Program-made: the position numbers and the translations under genes
The notes under the pieces: model-generated
Databases searched by the model: none
What the model was told of the DNA's origin: nothing
Seen by the model: the letters and a program-made list of their open reading frames with translations, nothing else
Assembly (NCBI GenBank): GCA_963977015.1
Contig: CAXBMO010000007.1
Span: 128,001 to 192,000 of the forward strand
DNA: 64,000 nt
Direction: 5' to 3'
Origin: an uncultured bacterium
GTDB taxonomy: Bacteria; Verrucomicrobiota; Verrucomicrobiia; Verrucomicrobiales; DEV007
Shown here: piece by piece, positions 1 through 10,300 of the stretch
How the letters are laid out: every line of letters begins with the position of its first letter
Position numbering within the stretch: position 1 is the stretch's first letter

Positions 1-20
1 GTTGGTCCTTCGTTTTCTCC

Positions 21-1262
21 CTAGGGCTTTCCCAGGCAATAGAGCCACTCTTGCCGCGTCTCGCCCTCATACTTCGCGACACGATGATAGATTCGGCTAT
101 CGCAGATGGAAGGCGTGGCAAAGGCCTCGTCTCCCAATTGGTTGGTCGCCACCAACTCGAACTTTGCAGGTGATGCACGAATCACAAAGGTCTGGCCACG
201 CTCGTTCGTCGCGAAAATCAGATCGTTGGCGAGAACCGGTGATGCGCTTACCGGGCCACCCACTCTTTCTTTCCACATTTCGCGTCCGTCGGTCGCCCGC
301 CAACACATGGCAATCCCCCCATCGTTGAGGCCGTAGACGTGCCCATCATGGGCAAGCAGCGATTGTTCATAGCATTTCTCCTTATTTTTCCAAGCCACGC
401 GCCGGGATCCATCCGCCAAGACCGCGATCGTTTCCTTGGTCGGGAAACCTCCACTGGCGTAAACCTGAGTCGCGGTCCAAACCATGGTTCCGGCCGTTGC
501 CGAGGTCCCCCCGTCAACCTGCCAAACAACCTGCCCGGTTATCGGATCATAGCTGGTGATCTTTTCCGCACCACTCATCAGTAATTGTTCCTGATCAGCG
601 ACCGTTGCCACAACCGGCGACGAATAGCTGGTTGCCTGATCCCGAGGTGACCGCCAAACCCCCAATCCATTTTCCACGGAGAACGCGGCGAGAAACCCGC
701 CTTCTGCAAACTCCGATGCCACAATCACCTTGTCGCCGTGGACCAGCGGCGAAGCCGCATATCCGAACTGATAACGCGGTCGAAAACTTCCCGCCTGCTT
801 TTGCCATCGCTTCTTTCCGTCCATTCCCAGCGAAGTGAGATAAATCATTCCATCGTTGTAAAACACCACAAAAATGCTGGATCCATCAGTCGCCGCAGTC
901 GGAGAAGCATGGGTGTTTTTCTTGTGGATTTTGGGCAACTCGAGGACGCGATGGACCACGGTATTCCACTTCTCCTCACCAGTGTTGCGATCAAAACACA
1001 CCACCGATTGGGTCTGGTTCTCCTCATCTGCAGTCGTGAGGATCACCGAATCTCCAATGATCGTGGGGCTGGAGTGACCTCGTCCCGGCACCTTGGCCTT
1101 CCAAATGACGTTTTTATCGTCGCTCCAACTCGTCGGTGGGTTCTGCCCGGATGCGGCAATTCCATTTCCGTAGGGACCTCTCCAGGCCGGCCAATTTTCA
1201 GCTTGAGCGGAAGACAGGCCCCAAAGAAGACCCAATGTGATCCAAAGGTGAGGTTTCGTCAT
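21..1262 (-). CDS. PQQ-binding-like beta-propeller repeat protein (BamB-like, PVC expanded family), secreted
   Basis: Signal peptide, then NWPAWRGP..G, W...VPGRGHSSP and repeated SPV/ATP blade motifs typical of the family. Confidence 0.85.
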   Translation of the reverse strand: MTKPHLWITLGLLWGLSSAQAENWPAWRGPYGNGIAASGQNPPTSWSDDKNVIWKAKVPGRGHSSPTIIGDSVILTTADEENQTQSVVCFDRNTGEEKWNTVVHRVLELPKIHKKNTHASPTAATDGSSIFVVFYNDGMIYLTSLGMDGKKRWQKQAGSFRPRYQFGYAASPLVHGDKVIVASEFAEGGFLAAFSVENGLGVWRSPRDQATSYSSPVVATVADQEQLLMSGAEKITSYDPITGQVVWQVDGGTSATAGTMVWTATQVYASGGFPTKETIAVLADGSRRVAWKNKEKCYEQSLLAHDGHVYGLNDGGIAMCWRATDGREMWKERVGGPVSASPVLANDLIFATNERGQTFVIRASPAKFELVATNQLGDEAFATPSICDSRIYHRVAKYEGETRQEWLYCLGKP

Positions 1263-2191
1263 GAGATATGGGAAGTCCGTTTCCCATACAATTCGTCACA
1301 CCGTTCGTCCAGCGGGCAGCGTTGACAAAGAATCGGAATGGAAGTCTGCCGAATTTCCATGCCCGGTTCATACTCTGTCACCATCAACTCGGCGACATAG
1401 CGGACAAACTCTTCGCTCTTGGGAAACGTCGCCTCGAGATCTTTTGACGGGAGATGGCGGATTTCAGGCTCAGGCTGCACGTAGACCAACACTCCGCGAA
1501 CTGGTCGCCCCGTGCGACGCTGAAGCAGCCAAGCGTAACAGGCGAGCTGATGGAGGTCGGATGGAAACTCGGCCGAAGTCTTACACTTGAAGTCAAAAAG
1601 GATGAACTCCTCCGCAACCGGGTCAAACCACAGCCCGTCGTAGTTTCCGGTAATCTGAATCTGCAAGCCGTTGATCTCGACAGACTCCTTCACAACGCCT
1701 TCCGGGGGCAAAAAGAGACGCGTTCTCGCGGGGAGTTCTCTTGCTCCGATGATCAATTCTGCGCACATTCTTGCCAATTCACCGATTCCCTGGCTCATCG
1801 CCTCGATTTGCTCTTGAGGGTTGTTTCCAAGGTTGCTCGCGAACTCCTGAAGGGCCGGACTCATATAGGTCTGCGCAAAAATCCGCCAAAGCTCCGTATG
1901 CAAATCATTGGGATCACTCCACGACGCCTCAACCACTCGCTTGAGTTCCGGATTTGGAGGGCGAATCCCCGCCCCTTCAACATCCGCCAAGTCTTCCAAA
2001 ATGCGGTTGACGATCTGGCCATGAAAGAGGTTCCCATTGACGACATGCCCCCCAGCGGGAGCCACCTTGACATCGCCTCTCGGAAGCCTGGCCTTATGAA
2101 ATGCGAGCCTCGGGCACAAGCTGGCGAATCGGAGAAGACCGCCGGACATCGAGACGACCTTTCGTCCATCCATCTCCGAATCAGTTGCCAT
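1259..2191 (-). CDS. PD-(D/E)xK nuclease, Cas4/AddB-like, with four-Cys putative Fe-S site
   Basis: LCPR..H and GNLFH near the N-terminus, ITGNYDG...LFDFK catalytic motifs, QLACY motif, C-terminal CQRCPLDERC. Confidence 0.8.
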   Translation of the reverse strand: MATDSEMDGRKVVSMSGGLLRFASLCPRLAFHKARLPRGDVKVAPAGGHVVNGNLFHGQIVNRILEDLADVEGAGIRPPNPELKRVVEASWSDPNDLHTELWRIFAQTYMSPALQEFASNLGNNPQEQIEAMSQGIGELARMCAELIIGARELPARTRLFLPPEGVVKESVEINGLQIQITGNYDGLWFDPVAEEFILFDFKCKTSAEFPSDLHQLACYAWLLQRRTGRPVRGVLVYVQPEPEIRHLPSKDLEATFPKSEEFVRYVAELMVTEYEPGMEIRQTSIPILCQRCPLDERCDELYGKRTSHIS

Positions 2192-4121
2192 CGCTCGTTA
2201 GCGAAAACGTTTGATTATCCCCCACTTCAACGATGCGCTCCGGAGCACTGCGCAACGTTGCCAAGAGCGTCTCATCACTGACGTGGAGATGCGGAGCACG
2301 TTGCTTTAAATGCTGGGCGATCGATGCAAAATCCAGAAAGTAAGGCTCCTGATTAAGGATATCGACGACGAATTCCAACAAGAGATCGGGATCGGAGTTC
2401 AGCTCGATCTGGGCAAGTAAACGATTCCCGAGCCGGGGATGAAAGGCCTCGCGCAGGAAGCGCTGATAATCCTCAATCGAAAGAATCTGCAACTGGTCAT
2501 CAGCGCCCAAAAAAGTCCAATCGCCAGCTTCAATCGCGTTCTTGGTCGTCTCGAGAGCTTCAAATTCGGCATGCCATCGATAGGGAAATTCAAGATAGAC
2601 TCCGCCGGCTTGCTCAAAATCCTTCTTCGCGTTCTTCCTGGCCTCGATCGGATTCCGTTCGTCTCGCAAAAACACGATGAGATCGAGTTCGCCTGCTCGC
2701 TTGGCTTTTCCTGTCAGAGTTTTAAACAAGCTTCCCAACTGCGAGCCGTAGTTTCGCCGATCGCAGGAAATCGTTAAATTCGCGATCCGATTTCCCGGTG
2801 TCGTGATCGACGTTTCAAGGCTTCCTCCTTTGTCCTCGCCCGCGCTTTTGGTAAGGACTTCCCTTCGAACTTGAAATCCCCCCGGCAATCTGGGCCGCGA
2901 ATCGAGATACTCACCCAACCCGCTAATCAGCAGTTCGGGACGGCAGGCGGTTTTTTCAGCCGCCGCGAGGAGTCGGCTCAGCTCCCGCGAATAGAAGTCA
3001 TAAATCTTCTCCAACGGATTCCCTTCCTTCACGTCAGGCCCGATGTGGCGCCCGGCTTCCATCAACACTTTGCGCGGCACATTGATCTCAGCTTCCAAGT
3101 CTGCGAGAGCGGCATCAATTCGCAATTCGCGATGGGGATCCTTGTCAGCTCCCGCCCACTCCATGCGAACCCGAATCAGATCCCGGGCCTGAGACTTGTT
3201 GCAGCCATCAATCTGAAACCGGTTGGCAAAAAGTCGCTGCCAAACGTGCTCATCCATTTGGTGCGCAGCCTTATCGGCGAAATCCGGTCGGGTAAAGCAA
3301 ATGGGAAGGGCCTGGCGAACCTCATTGACGATATTCGTAAACATCGTGCCGAACTCACGCTGCTGTTCCGGTGTCGAGAGGTTTTCCAATTGGTCAAAAC
3401 AGAGCACGAGTGGCCAATCGGCTTCACCAAAAGCTTTACCGAACGCGACCAACAACTCGAAGGCACGGACCTCAGCCGCTTCAGCGGATTCCTGAGCTTC
3501 CATCGCTGGAATATTCAGGACCTCGCACTCATGACGCTCGAGATACAATCCGGAAAGAAACCTCACAACCTCGGTCTTCACCGAGGGATCCCAAGAGCGA
3601 AAGAGAACTTCGACAAAGTCTCGCTCCACCGGGCTGAAAAAATCCTCCTGCAACAAGTTGGTTTTGACGATCGCCGCTTCTTTCGCCCGTCTTGCGTTCT
3701 TCAGGTACTCAGCCAGGCCAAGTGCACCGATCTTCACGCCTCTGCGTTCCAGAATTCGACGCAGCAAGGTCGCTAACTGCGAATCCCCGCCTTCGTTCAC
3801 CAACCGGGTGCGCTGGAGATCGGCAACCAGGGTATCCAGCAGCTTCCGATTCATCCGCTTGGGTTCCCTGATCGGGTAGACATAGGCACAGGCAAAATCC
3901 TGGGGAGACTTCAGCACCCTCCGAATCATGTGGGTTTTACCACTTCCCGTTCCGCCAAACACCGTCGCGCTCAAATTCACATTGGGGCTAACCTGCTCAA
4001 TCAATCGCGCCAACCCGTCAAAACACTCCTGGTTGATCGCCGATAAATCCGGAGTATCCGCGGCCCATGGATTGCCGACAATCACATCGGAAAACGGTGC
4101 TGGAACTTGAGGTTTGGTCAT
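2181..4121 (-). CDS. Large P-loop ATPase (AAA+/STAND-like) of unknown function
   Basis: Walker A GGTGSGKT, Walker B LVLCFDQLE, candidate Arg finger in VWQRL; long uncharacterised C-terminal half. Confidence 0.8.
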   Translation of the reverse strand: MTKPQVPAPFSDVIVGNPWAADTPDLSAINQECFDGLARLIEQVSPNVNLSATVFGGTGSGKTHMIRRVLKSPQDFACAYVYPIREPKRMNRKLLDTLVADLQRTRLVNEGGDSQLATLLRRILERRGVKIGALGLAEYLKNARRAKEAAIVKTNLLQEDFFSPVERDFVEVLFRSWDPSVKTEVVRFLSGLYLERHECEVLNIPAMEAQESAEAAEVRAFELLVAFGKAFGEADWPLVLCFDQLENLSTPEQQREFGTMFTNIVNEVRQALPICFTRPDFADKAAHQMDEHVWQRLFANRFQIDGCNKSQARDLIRVRMEWAGADKDPHRELRIDAALADLEAEINVPRKVLMEAGRHIGPDVKEGNPLEKIYDFYSRELSRLLAAAEKTACRPELLISGLGEYLDSRPRLPGGFQVRREVLTKSAGEDKGGSLETSITTPGNRIANLTISCDRRNYGSQLGSLFKTLTGKAKRAGELDLIVFLRDERNPIEARKNAKKDFEQAGGVYLEFPYRWHAEFEALETTKNAIEAGDWTFLGADDQLQILSIEDYQRFLREAFHPRLGNRLLAQIELNSDPDLLLEFVVDILNQEPYFLDFASIAQHLKQRAPHLHVSDETLLATLRSAPERIVEVGDNQTFSLTSDGN

Positions 4122-4147
4122 GGTTTAAAAAATGAGTCGGCGGGCTT

Positions 4148-4717
4148 TTAGGTTCTCCATAAAATACTGAAATAGAGCTGCCCATCCTGAAACAGGGAGT
4201 CTTTTTGCTTGTCCGCGCTGAAGTCGCGCGGATCTCCTCCCACAAATTGAAACGGAGGATTCTTCTCCGAACTCAACTCCTTGAGAAACTGATCGAACCG
4301 CTTTCGCTCCCACTTTAATTCGCGGCGAATCTTGAAAATGTTCACCGCTCCGCTCGGATGATGGGGAAGAAACTTGCGATACGCCTTTTTCAACGATGCC
4401 AACTCGCTCCCGCCGGCAGCAAGCGGTTTCGTCATTCCTCGCGCCGCACGCAAATAGTCGGGATGGCGAAGTCTCGGAGCAACCTGCTGCCCCTTAGGCG
4501 GTTCGACAACGTCCAATCCTTGGGACCAAAGATCGTATGCAAATTCTTTCACGTTCTGTGACATCTTGGACGTAACAAAACGCTTTCCCAAATGTGCTTT
4601 CATTCCTTCCCTCAAGCTTTTTCGGCACTTCTGCCCGGCTTGTGCATAGGTGAGACTGCCATTGCGGGTATTTTTCCGCAACATTTCTAGAAACTCCTTC
4701 CGCAACTCGTCATTCAT
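4148..4717 (-). CDS. Basic hypothetical protein, possible winged-helix DNA-binding
   Basis: 189-aa Lys/Arg-rich ORF; C-terminal VNIFKIRRELKWERKRFDQFLKEL resembles an HTH; first gene of the ATPase-nuclease run. Confidence 0.6.
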   Translation of the reverse strand: MNDELRKEFLEMLRKNTRNGSLTYAQAGQKCRKSLREGMKAHLGKRFVTSKMSQNVKEFAYDLWSQGLDVVEPPKGQQVAPRLRHPDYLRAARGMTKPLAAGGSELASLKKAYRKFLPHHPSGAVNIFKIRRELKWERKRFDQFLKELSSEKNPPFQFVGGDPRDFSADKQKDSLFQDGQLYFSILWRT

Positions 4718-4827
4718 CGCAAAACCCGATCGCAGGAACGCTGTTCAAAAGTCCGCCGCAATCAGAAATCGCTAAGACACTTGGATCGATTGTCAACGTC
4801 TGACTGGGAAGGAAACATCGTTCAGAA

Positions 4828-6237
4828 TCAGTTCTCCGGTCCCTCTCCTGAACTTTGCAAGAGAGGATCCCCCTGATTCTGCCGCCAGGAATTGAGCCGG
4901 GTTTCAAGGTGCTGACGGATTTCGAGGGCTTGGGGTGAATCGGCGAGATTGCGGGTTTCCCAAGGGTCGGACTTCAAATCAAAGAGCTGCGTTTTGTCGG
5001 CCAGCGGATACACGATCAGCTTCCAGCCATCGCTGCGGATCATCCGCTGAGAGTCGCGAAAGTAGCCGAAAATCTCTTCCCGAAGCGGTTCATCACCTCG
5101 ACGCAATGAGGCTGCGAAACTTTTCGCCGTCACCGCCCCAGGAATCGGGACGCCCGCCAGTTCACACGTCGTCGGATAGAGATCACGAAGATAGACTTGA
5201 GCCAGGCTTCTGGCATGGGCCTTGATCTCGGGCCCTGCGATGACAAGAGGCACATTGACGGTGTGTTCATACATGTTCTGTTTTCCGCGAAGTCCATGGC
5301 TCCCCACGGCCATTCCATGATCGCTGGCGAAGATCACCACGGTGTTTTCTCGTTGGCCCGATTCATCCAACACCTTCAATATCCGGCCGACCTGGGCATC
5401 CAGATAACTGATCACGGCATAGTAAACTCGAAGCACGTCTCGGGTTGCCGCTTCCGTTCGGGGAAACGCCATGAGTGATTCATCGCGTCCCGAGAAGTTG
5501 CCGTGATCAAATGGGTGCTCGGGGAGGAAATTGGGCGGGATTTCCATTTCGTCCGCGCGGTAGAGAGTTTCCATCCCGGGCGGGAGAAACAAGGGATCGT
5601 GAGGCGCGGTGAAATTGACATGCACAAACCAGGGCTTTGGCGATGCAGCTTGGATCGCCTCAATCGCCGCGTCGGCGAATTTCGAGTCGATGTCAGGAGT
5701 TAATCCGACGCCCTTCTCGGGAAACTTTTCGCGGCCATCGTCACTTTGGAAAACCCAACCTCGGTAACCGGTGATGGGGAAACCTTTCCAATCGGTTTGC
5801 CTTTCTTTCCACCATTTCCCTCCCCCACCGGAAAACAGGCCAAAGACTTCGTCGTATCCGCGTTCGGATGGGCGGCCCTTGGTATGCCACTTTCCGACAT
5901 AGCTGGTGCGATACCCGGCGTCTGCGAGCGTTTGCGCCCAAAAAGTGACACCCTCATTGAAGCGATTCGTGATTCCATCAATGCCGTTTTCCCAGCCATG
6001 CATGCCGGTCAGGATTTCGGCACGACTCACGACACAGATGGGATAGGAACAGGTCGCCTGGGTAAAAGTCGTCCCACGTCGAACGAGTTCGTCCAGATTG
6101 GGAGTCTGGATTCGAGAATTCCCGAGTGCCCGGATTGCATCCGGCCGCATATCGTCTGCCAGGAGAAAGAGGATATTGGGTCGTTCGGAACTGATGGCCA
6201 AGGTGGACAACAGGAAGAAAAAGAAAAGGGGTTTCAT
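4828..6237 (-). CDS. Sulfatase (S1 family, choline-sulfatase-like)
   Basis: PNILFLLADD, CVVSRAEILTG formylglycine motif, GKWH, SDHG, GKQNMYE; start placed at MKPLFFF signal peptide. Confidence 0.9.
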   Translation of the reverse strand: MKPLFFFFLLSTLAISSERPNILFLLADDMRPDAIRALGNSRIQTPNLDELVRRGTTFTQATCSYPICVVSRAEILTGMHGWENGIDGITNRFNEGVTFWAQTLADAGYRTSYVGKWHTKGRPSERGYDEVFGLFSGGGGKWWKERQTDWKGFPITGYRGWVFQSDDGREKFPEKGVGLTPDIDSKFADAAIEAIQAASPKPWFVHVNFTAPHDPLFLPPGMETLYRADEMEIPPNFLPEHPFDHGNFSGRDESLMAFPRTEAATRDVLRVYYAVISYLDAQVGRILKVLDESGQRENTVVIFASDHGMAVGSHGLRGKQNMYEHTVNVPLVIAGPEIKAHARSLAQVYLRDLYPTTCELAGVPIPGAVTAKSFAASLRRGDEPLREEIFGYFRDSQRMIRSDGWKLIVYPLADKTQLFDLKSDPWETRNLADSPQALEIRQHLETRLNSWRQNQGDPLLQSSGEGPEN

Positions 6238-6313
6238 GAGATTCGCGATCGAGTAGCCATTCTTTGCCCTAGACCATCCAAGCATGACGTTCTAAGAAGC
6301 AGAAGCCAAAAAT

Positions 6314-7249
6314 ATGCAGGTCTTCCACGACATCAGCCAGCTTTCCAGCATCACTCGCCCGCTCCACCTGGCGGTCGGAGTGTTCGACGGAGTTCATTTG
6401 GGGCACCAAGCTGTTATTCGCGCCGCGCAAGAAGGCAGCAGGGCGAACGGCGGAATCCCCATCTTGGTAACGTTCGATCCTCATCCCATCCGGATTTTGC
6501 GTCCCGACGAAGCGCCCCGCATTTTAAGCCATTGCCGCCACAAACTCCGCAAGGTGGAGCGACTGGGCATCGATCATGCGTTGGTGGTCACTTTTGACGA
6601 AGAGTTCTCGCGAAAAACCGGCGCCGAATTTGTTCGCGAGCTCTGCTCAGCGGCCAAGGACATTCGACAGATCTGTGTCGGCAAAGATTGGAAATTTGGC
6701 TGCCAGCGCTCCGGTGATTTTGCGTTGCTCCAATCCTTGGGAGCGGAACAGGGCTTTGAGGCCACCGGAGTGGAAGCGTTCCTGAAGGATGGGATCCCCG
6801 TCAGCAGCACCGGGATTCGAGAGTTGATTCGCCGGGGAAACCTGGATCAAGCCGCGAAGTTGCTCGGCGCACCGTATGACGTCTCCGGCACGGTCGTAGA
6901 AGGAGACCAGCTCGGAAGAAAACTGGGTTTTCCAACCGCCAATCTCCTCGTCCACAGCGAACAGCTCCCGCCCAGCGGTGTGTATGCCGTCACCGTCATC
7001 CTGCATGGAAACCATTTTTCCGGTGTCGCCAATCTGGGAACCCGGCCCACGTTTTCAGATAAAAATGATCAACGTCGCCTCGAGGTTCACCTTCTGGATT
7101 ACGAGGGAACTGAATTTTATGGCAAAGATGTTGAAGTTGTTTTTCGCCGGTTTTTGCGCTCCGAAATCAAGTTCCCAGGGCCGGAGAAATTGATCCAACA
7201 AATTCACAACGACATCCGGCAAGCACGGGAAGTCTTGGCCCCCGGTTGA
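6314..7249 (+). CDS. ribF: Bifunctional riboflavin kinase / FAD synthetase
   Basis: GVFDGVHLGHQ, TFDPHP, VSSTGIR, GRKLGFPTAN, EVHLLD motifs. Confidence 0.96.
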   Translation: MQVFHDISQLSSITRPLHLAVGVFDGVHLGHQAVIRAAQEGSRANGGIPILVTFDPHPIRILRPDEAPRILSHCRHKLRKVERLGIDHALVVTFDEEFSRKTGAEFVRELCSAAKDIRQICVGKDWKFGCQRSGDFALLQSLGAEQGFEATGVEAFLKDGIPVSSTGIRELIRRGNLDQAAKLLGAPYDVSGTVVEGDQLGRKLGFPTANLLVHSEQLPPSGVYAVTVILHGNHFSGVANLGTRPTFSDKNDQRRLEVHLLDYEGTEFYGKDVEVVFRRFLRSEIKFPGPEKLIQQIHNDIRQAREVLAPG

Positions 7250-7301
7250 GTTGCGGGGGCAAGTCGGGTATATTCCCCTCCAACCCGTCCTCCCTAGTCA
7301 C

Positions 7302-10300
7302 ATGCCCCAACTCCCCCGCTTGTTCACCGCCGCTGTTCTCTGGCTTGCCATTTCCCCGTTCTCCAGTGCTGAGAACCTTGAGTCAAAACCCTTTGCCCGA
7401 ACTCCGCCGGGCTCCGTTTCGTTCAGCCCAACCCTCTTTACCCAGCTCGGACCTGCCGCAACCGGGATCGACTACGTCCACGAAATCGCGACGTGGCATC
7501 GTGACAAGCGCCTCTACCACTCCAGCTTCGCCTGCGGAACGGTATTGATTGGCGACATTGATGGGGACGAACTCAGCGATATTTTTGTGACCGGTGGTCC
7601 TCGGTCGAACAAACTCTACGTCAATGCCGGCAACTTGACCTTTGTCGATGTCTCCGCCGGCGTTCCCGAAGTCGTTGGAGCCAATGAAACCGGAGCCGAT
7701 CTCTGGGCAGGCGGCGGCGCGATGATCGATATTGATAACGACGGTGATCTCGATATCTACGTTTGCTACTACGACCAGCCCAATCATCTCTACATCAATC
7801 AGCTCGTCGAGACGGGAAAACTTGGATTCGTGGAAAGCGCCGCGAAATTCGGACTCAACCTGATCGACGCCAGCCTCGTTCCCGCCTTTGCCGATTACGA
7901 TGCGGACGGCGATCTTGATCTGTATTTGTTGACCCACCAATTGCATCGCCTCGGTGGTCGCCCCGCAATGCCCGTCAACCTTGAGTCAGATCGTTCTGAA
8001 CCCACCGGCCTCCGCGTTGGAGGGAGTCTGAACCGCTTTTACAAAGTCGATAAACAGGATGAAAGAGGCCGCTGGCTTTACTCTGAAAAAGGGCGGCCGG
8101 ATTATCTGATGCGAAACGATAGTGGGAAGTTTCGCGATGTCACAGAATCGGCTGGAATGACGAAAAAAGCCGGAATCGGAAACTCGGCGACTTGGTGGGA
8201 CTTCAACGATGACGGCCTCGTCGATCTCCACGTCGGCAATGATTTCCTCGATCCGGATTATCTCTACAAGAACAACGGGAATGGCACCTTCACCGATGTA
8301 CTGCCGGAGGCATTTCCCCAATCCACCTGGTTCACGATGGGAACAGCGGTGACCGACTCGAATAATGATGGCCGCTCTGACTTCATCGTCGCGGACATGT
8401 TTCCGACAACCCACTACAAACAGAAAGCCTCAATGGCATCAATGGGTGAACTCTCCGAACGGCTGGCCAATGCTCCGGGCGCGCGCCAGATCATGCGCAA
8501 TGCGTTGTTCGTGAGTACGGGGACTGAGAAATTCCTGGAGGCAGCTTATCTCTCCGGGGTAGGTCAGACGGACTGGACCTGGGCCATCAAAAGCGGTGAC
8601 TACGATCAGGATGGACGCGCCGATCTCTTTTTCACGAATGGCGCCGCCCGGGTTTTCAATCATTCCGATCTCCCGGCCATCACCCACGAAAGTCTCATTG
8701 GAAAGAACCACTGGGATTTGTTCGAGAATCAACCCGAAAAGCGGGAGCAGAACCTCGCCTATCGAAACATCGGCGAACTCCAATACGAGGAAGTTTCCCG
8801 CGAATGGGGACTCAATCACGTCGGCATGACGCACACCAGCGCTCAAGGAGACCTGGATAATGACGGAGACCTGGACCTGGTGACCTGCAGCCTCAACGAT
8901 CCAGTCTACATTTACCGCAACGACGGAGCGGAAGGGAATTCCGTGCGCCTGCAACTCGAGGGAACCAAGAGTAACCGGCGGGGAATTGGAGCAACGGTTT
9001 GGGTCACGACAGAAGCCGGGAAGCAAGTTCGCCAACTGCAAAGCGCCTGGGGATTCATGGATGCCGATGAACCCATTCTTCATTTTGGCCTTGGCGAGGC
9101 CACCCAAATCCAAGAGTTGTTGATTCGTTGGCCAAGTGGCATCGAACAGCGCTTTGAGAATCTGGATGCGAATCAATTCTATACGGTTACAGAAGCCGGC
9201 TCCACCAAATCGCCCAAGGCTCAACCCCCAAAAACCTGGTTTGTCCAAAGCGATGTCTTCGATGGGCATAAACGCCAGGAAACAAAGTTCAACGACTTCG
9301 CCGAGCAGCCGTTGTTGCCATTTCAGCTTTCCCAACTGGGCCCCGCGCAGGCCTGGGGCGACATGGATCGTGACGGTCTCGAGGATTTTTGGATTGGTTC
9401 CGGAGCGGGACACTCCGGGACATTTTTCTACAACAAAACCAAAGCTGGCAGCCGTCCAAAATTCGATGCCTGGATTCAGCCCATTCTCCGAACGCATAAG
9501 GAACGCGAAGACATGGGCGCCGTTTTCCTGGATGTCGACGCTGATGGTGACCTGGATTTGTACGTAGCCAGCGGCAGCGTCGAGAGCCCCGCCGGTTCGG
9601 CCGACTACAAGGATCGCCTTTACCTCAACAAGGGCTGGGGTCAGTTTACCGACGGAAGTAACCTGCTGCCTGATATTCGCGAAAACAGTTCCGCCGTTGC
9701 CACCGCTGATTTCGATCGGGATGGTGACCTGGACATCTTTGTGGGCACGCGTTCGGTGGTCGGGGAATATCCGAAACCCGCCGATAGCCATCTCCTCATC
9801 AATGACGGGACGGGAAAATTCAGGGACGGAACCCGCGAGATGGCCTCCGGGCTCATCGGCACGGGTTTGGTGACGGGAGCCTTGTGGAGCGACGTCAACA
9901 ACGATGGCTGGGTCGATCTTGTCGTCGCCCATGACTGGGGTCCCATAAAGGTCTTTCGCAATCGCGAGGGACACCTCGAATCCCCAACGCCCAATGGAAT
10001 GCAGGACGTGTTGGGTTGGTGGACGGGCCTTGCCGCTGCAGATATCGACAATGACGGCGACATGGATTTGGTCGCCAGCAATTTGGGAACCAACAGCCAA
10101 TATCAGGCCAGCGCTCAGTCACCCGAGTTGATCTTTTACGGCGATTTCGACGGAACCGGCAAAGCTCATATCGTGGAAGCCAACTTCGAGAACGGCGTCT
10201 GTTATCCACGACGCGGGCTCTCCTGCTCGAGCCATGCGATGCCGGTCGTAAAGAAGAAGCTGCAAACGTATCACAATTTTGCCAGCGCATCGCTGTCCCA

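Noticed and set aside
1259-2191. CRISPR-associated cas4
   Set aside because: No repeat-spacer array, cas1 or cas2 anywhere in the window; treated as a solo Cas4-like nuclease
4730-4800. Possible promoter (TTGACA on minus strand at 4791-4796) and GAAC-N3-GTTC LexA-like box upstream of the ATPase module
   Set aside because: The -10 element is poor and the box spacing fits no LexA consensus I know
4965-4985. ggacttcaaatc resembling the tRNA-Sec anticodon arm
   Set aside because: Lies inside the sulfatase CDS, with no acceptor or T stems around it
8439-10100. Long antisense ORFs (553 aa here; also 22956-24266, 47807-49171, 39326-40453)
   Set aside because: Shadow ORFs opposite well-supported genes in GC-rich DNA, with no recognisable motifs
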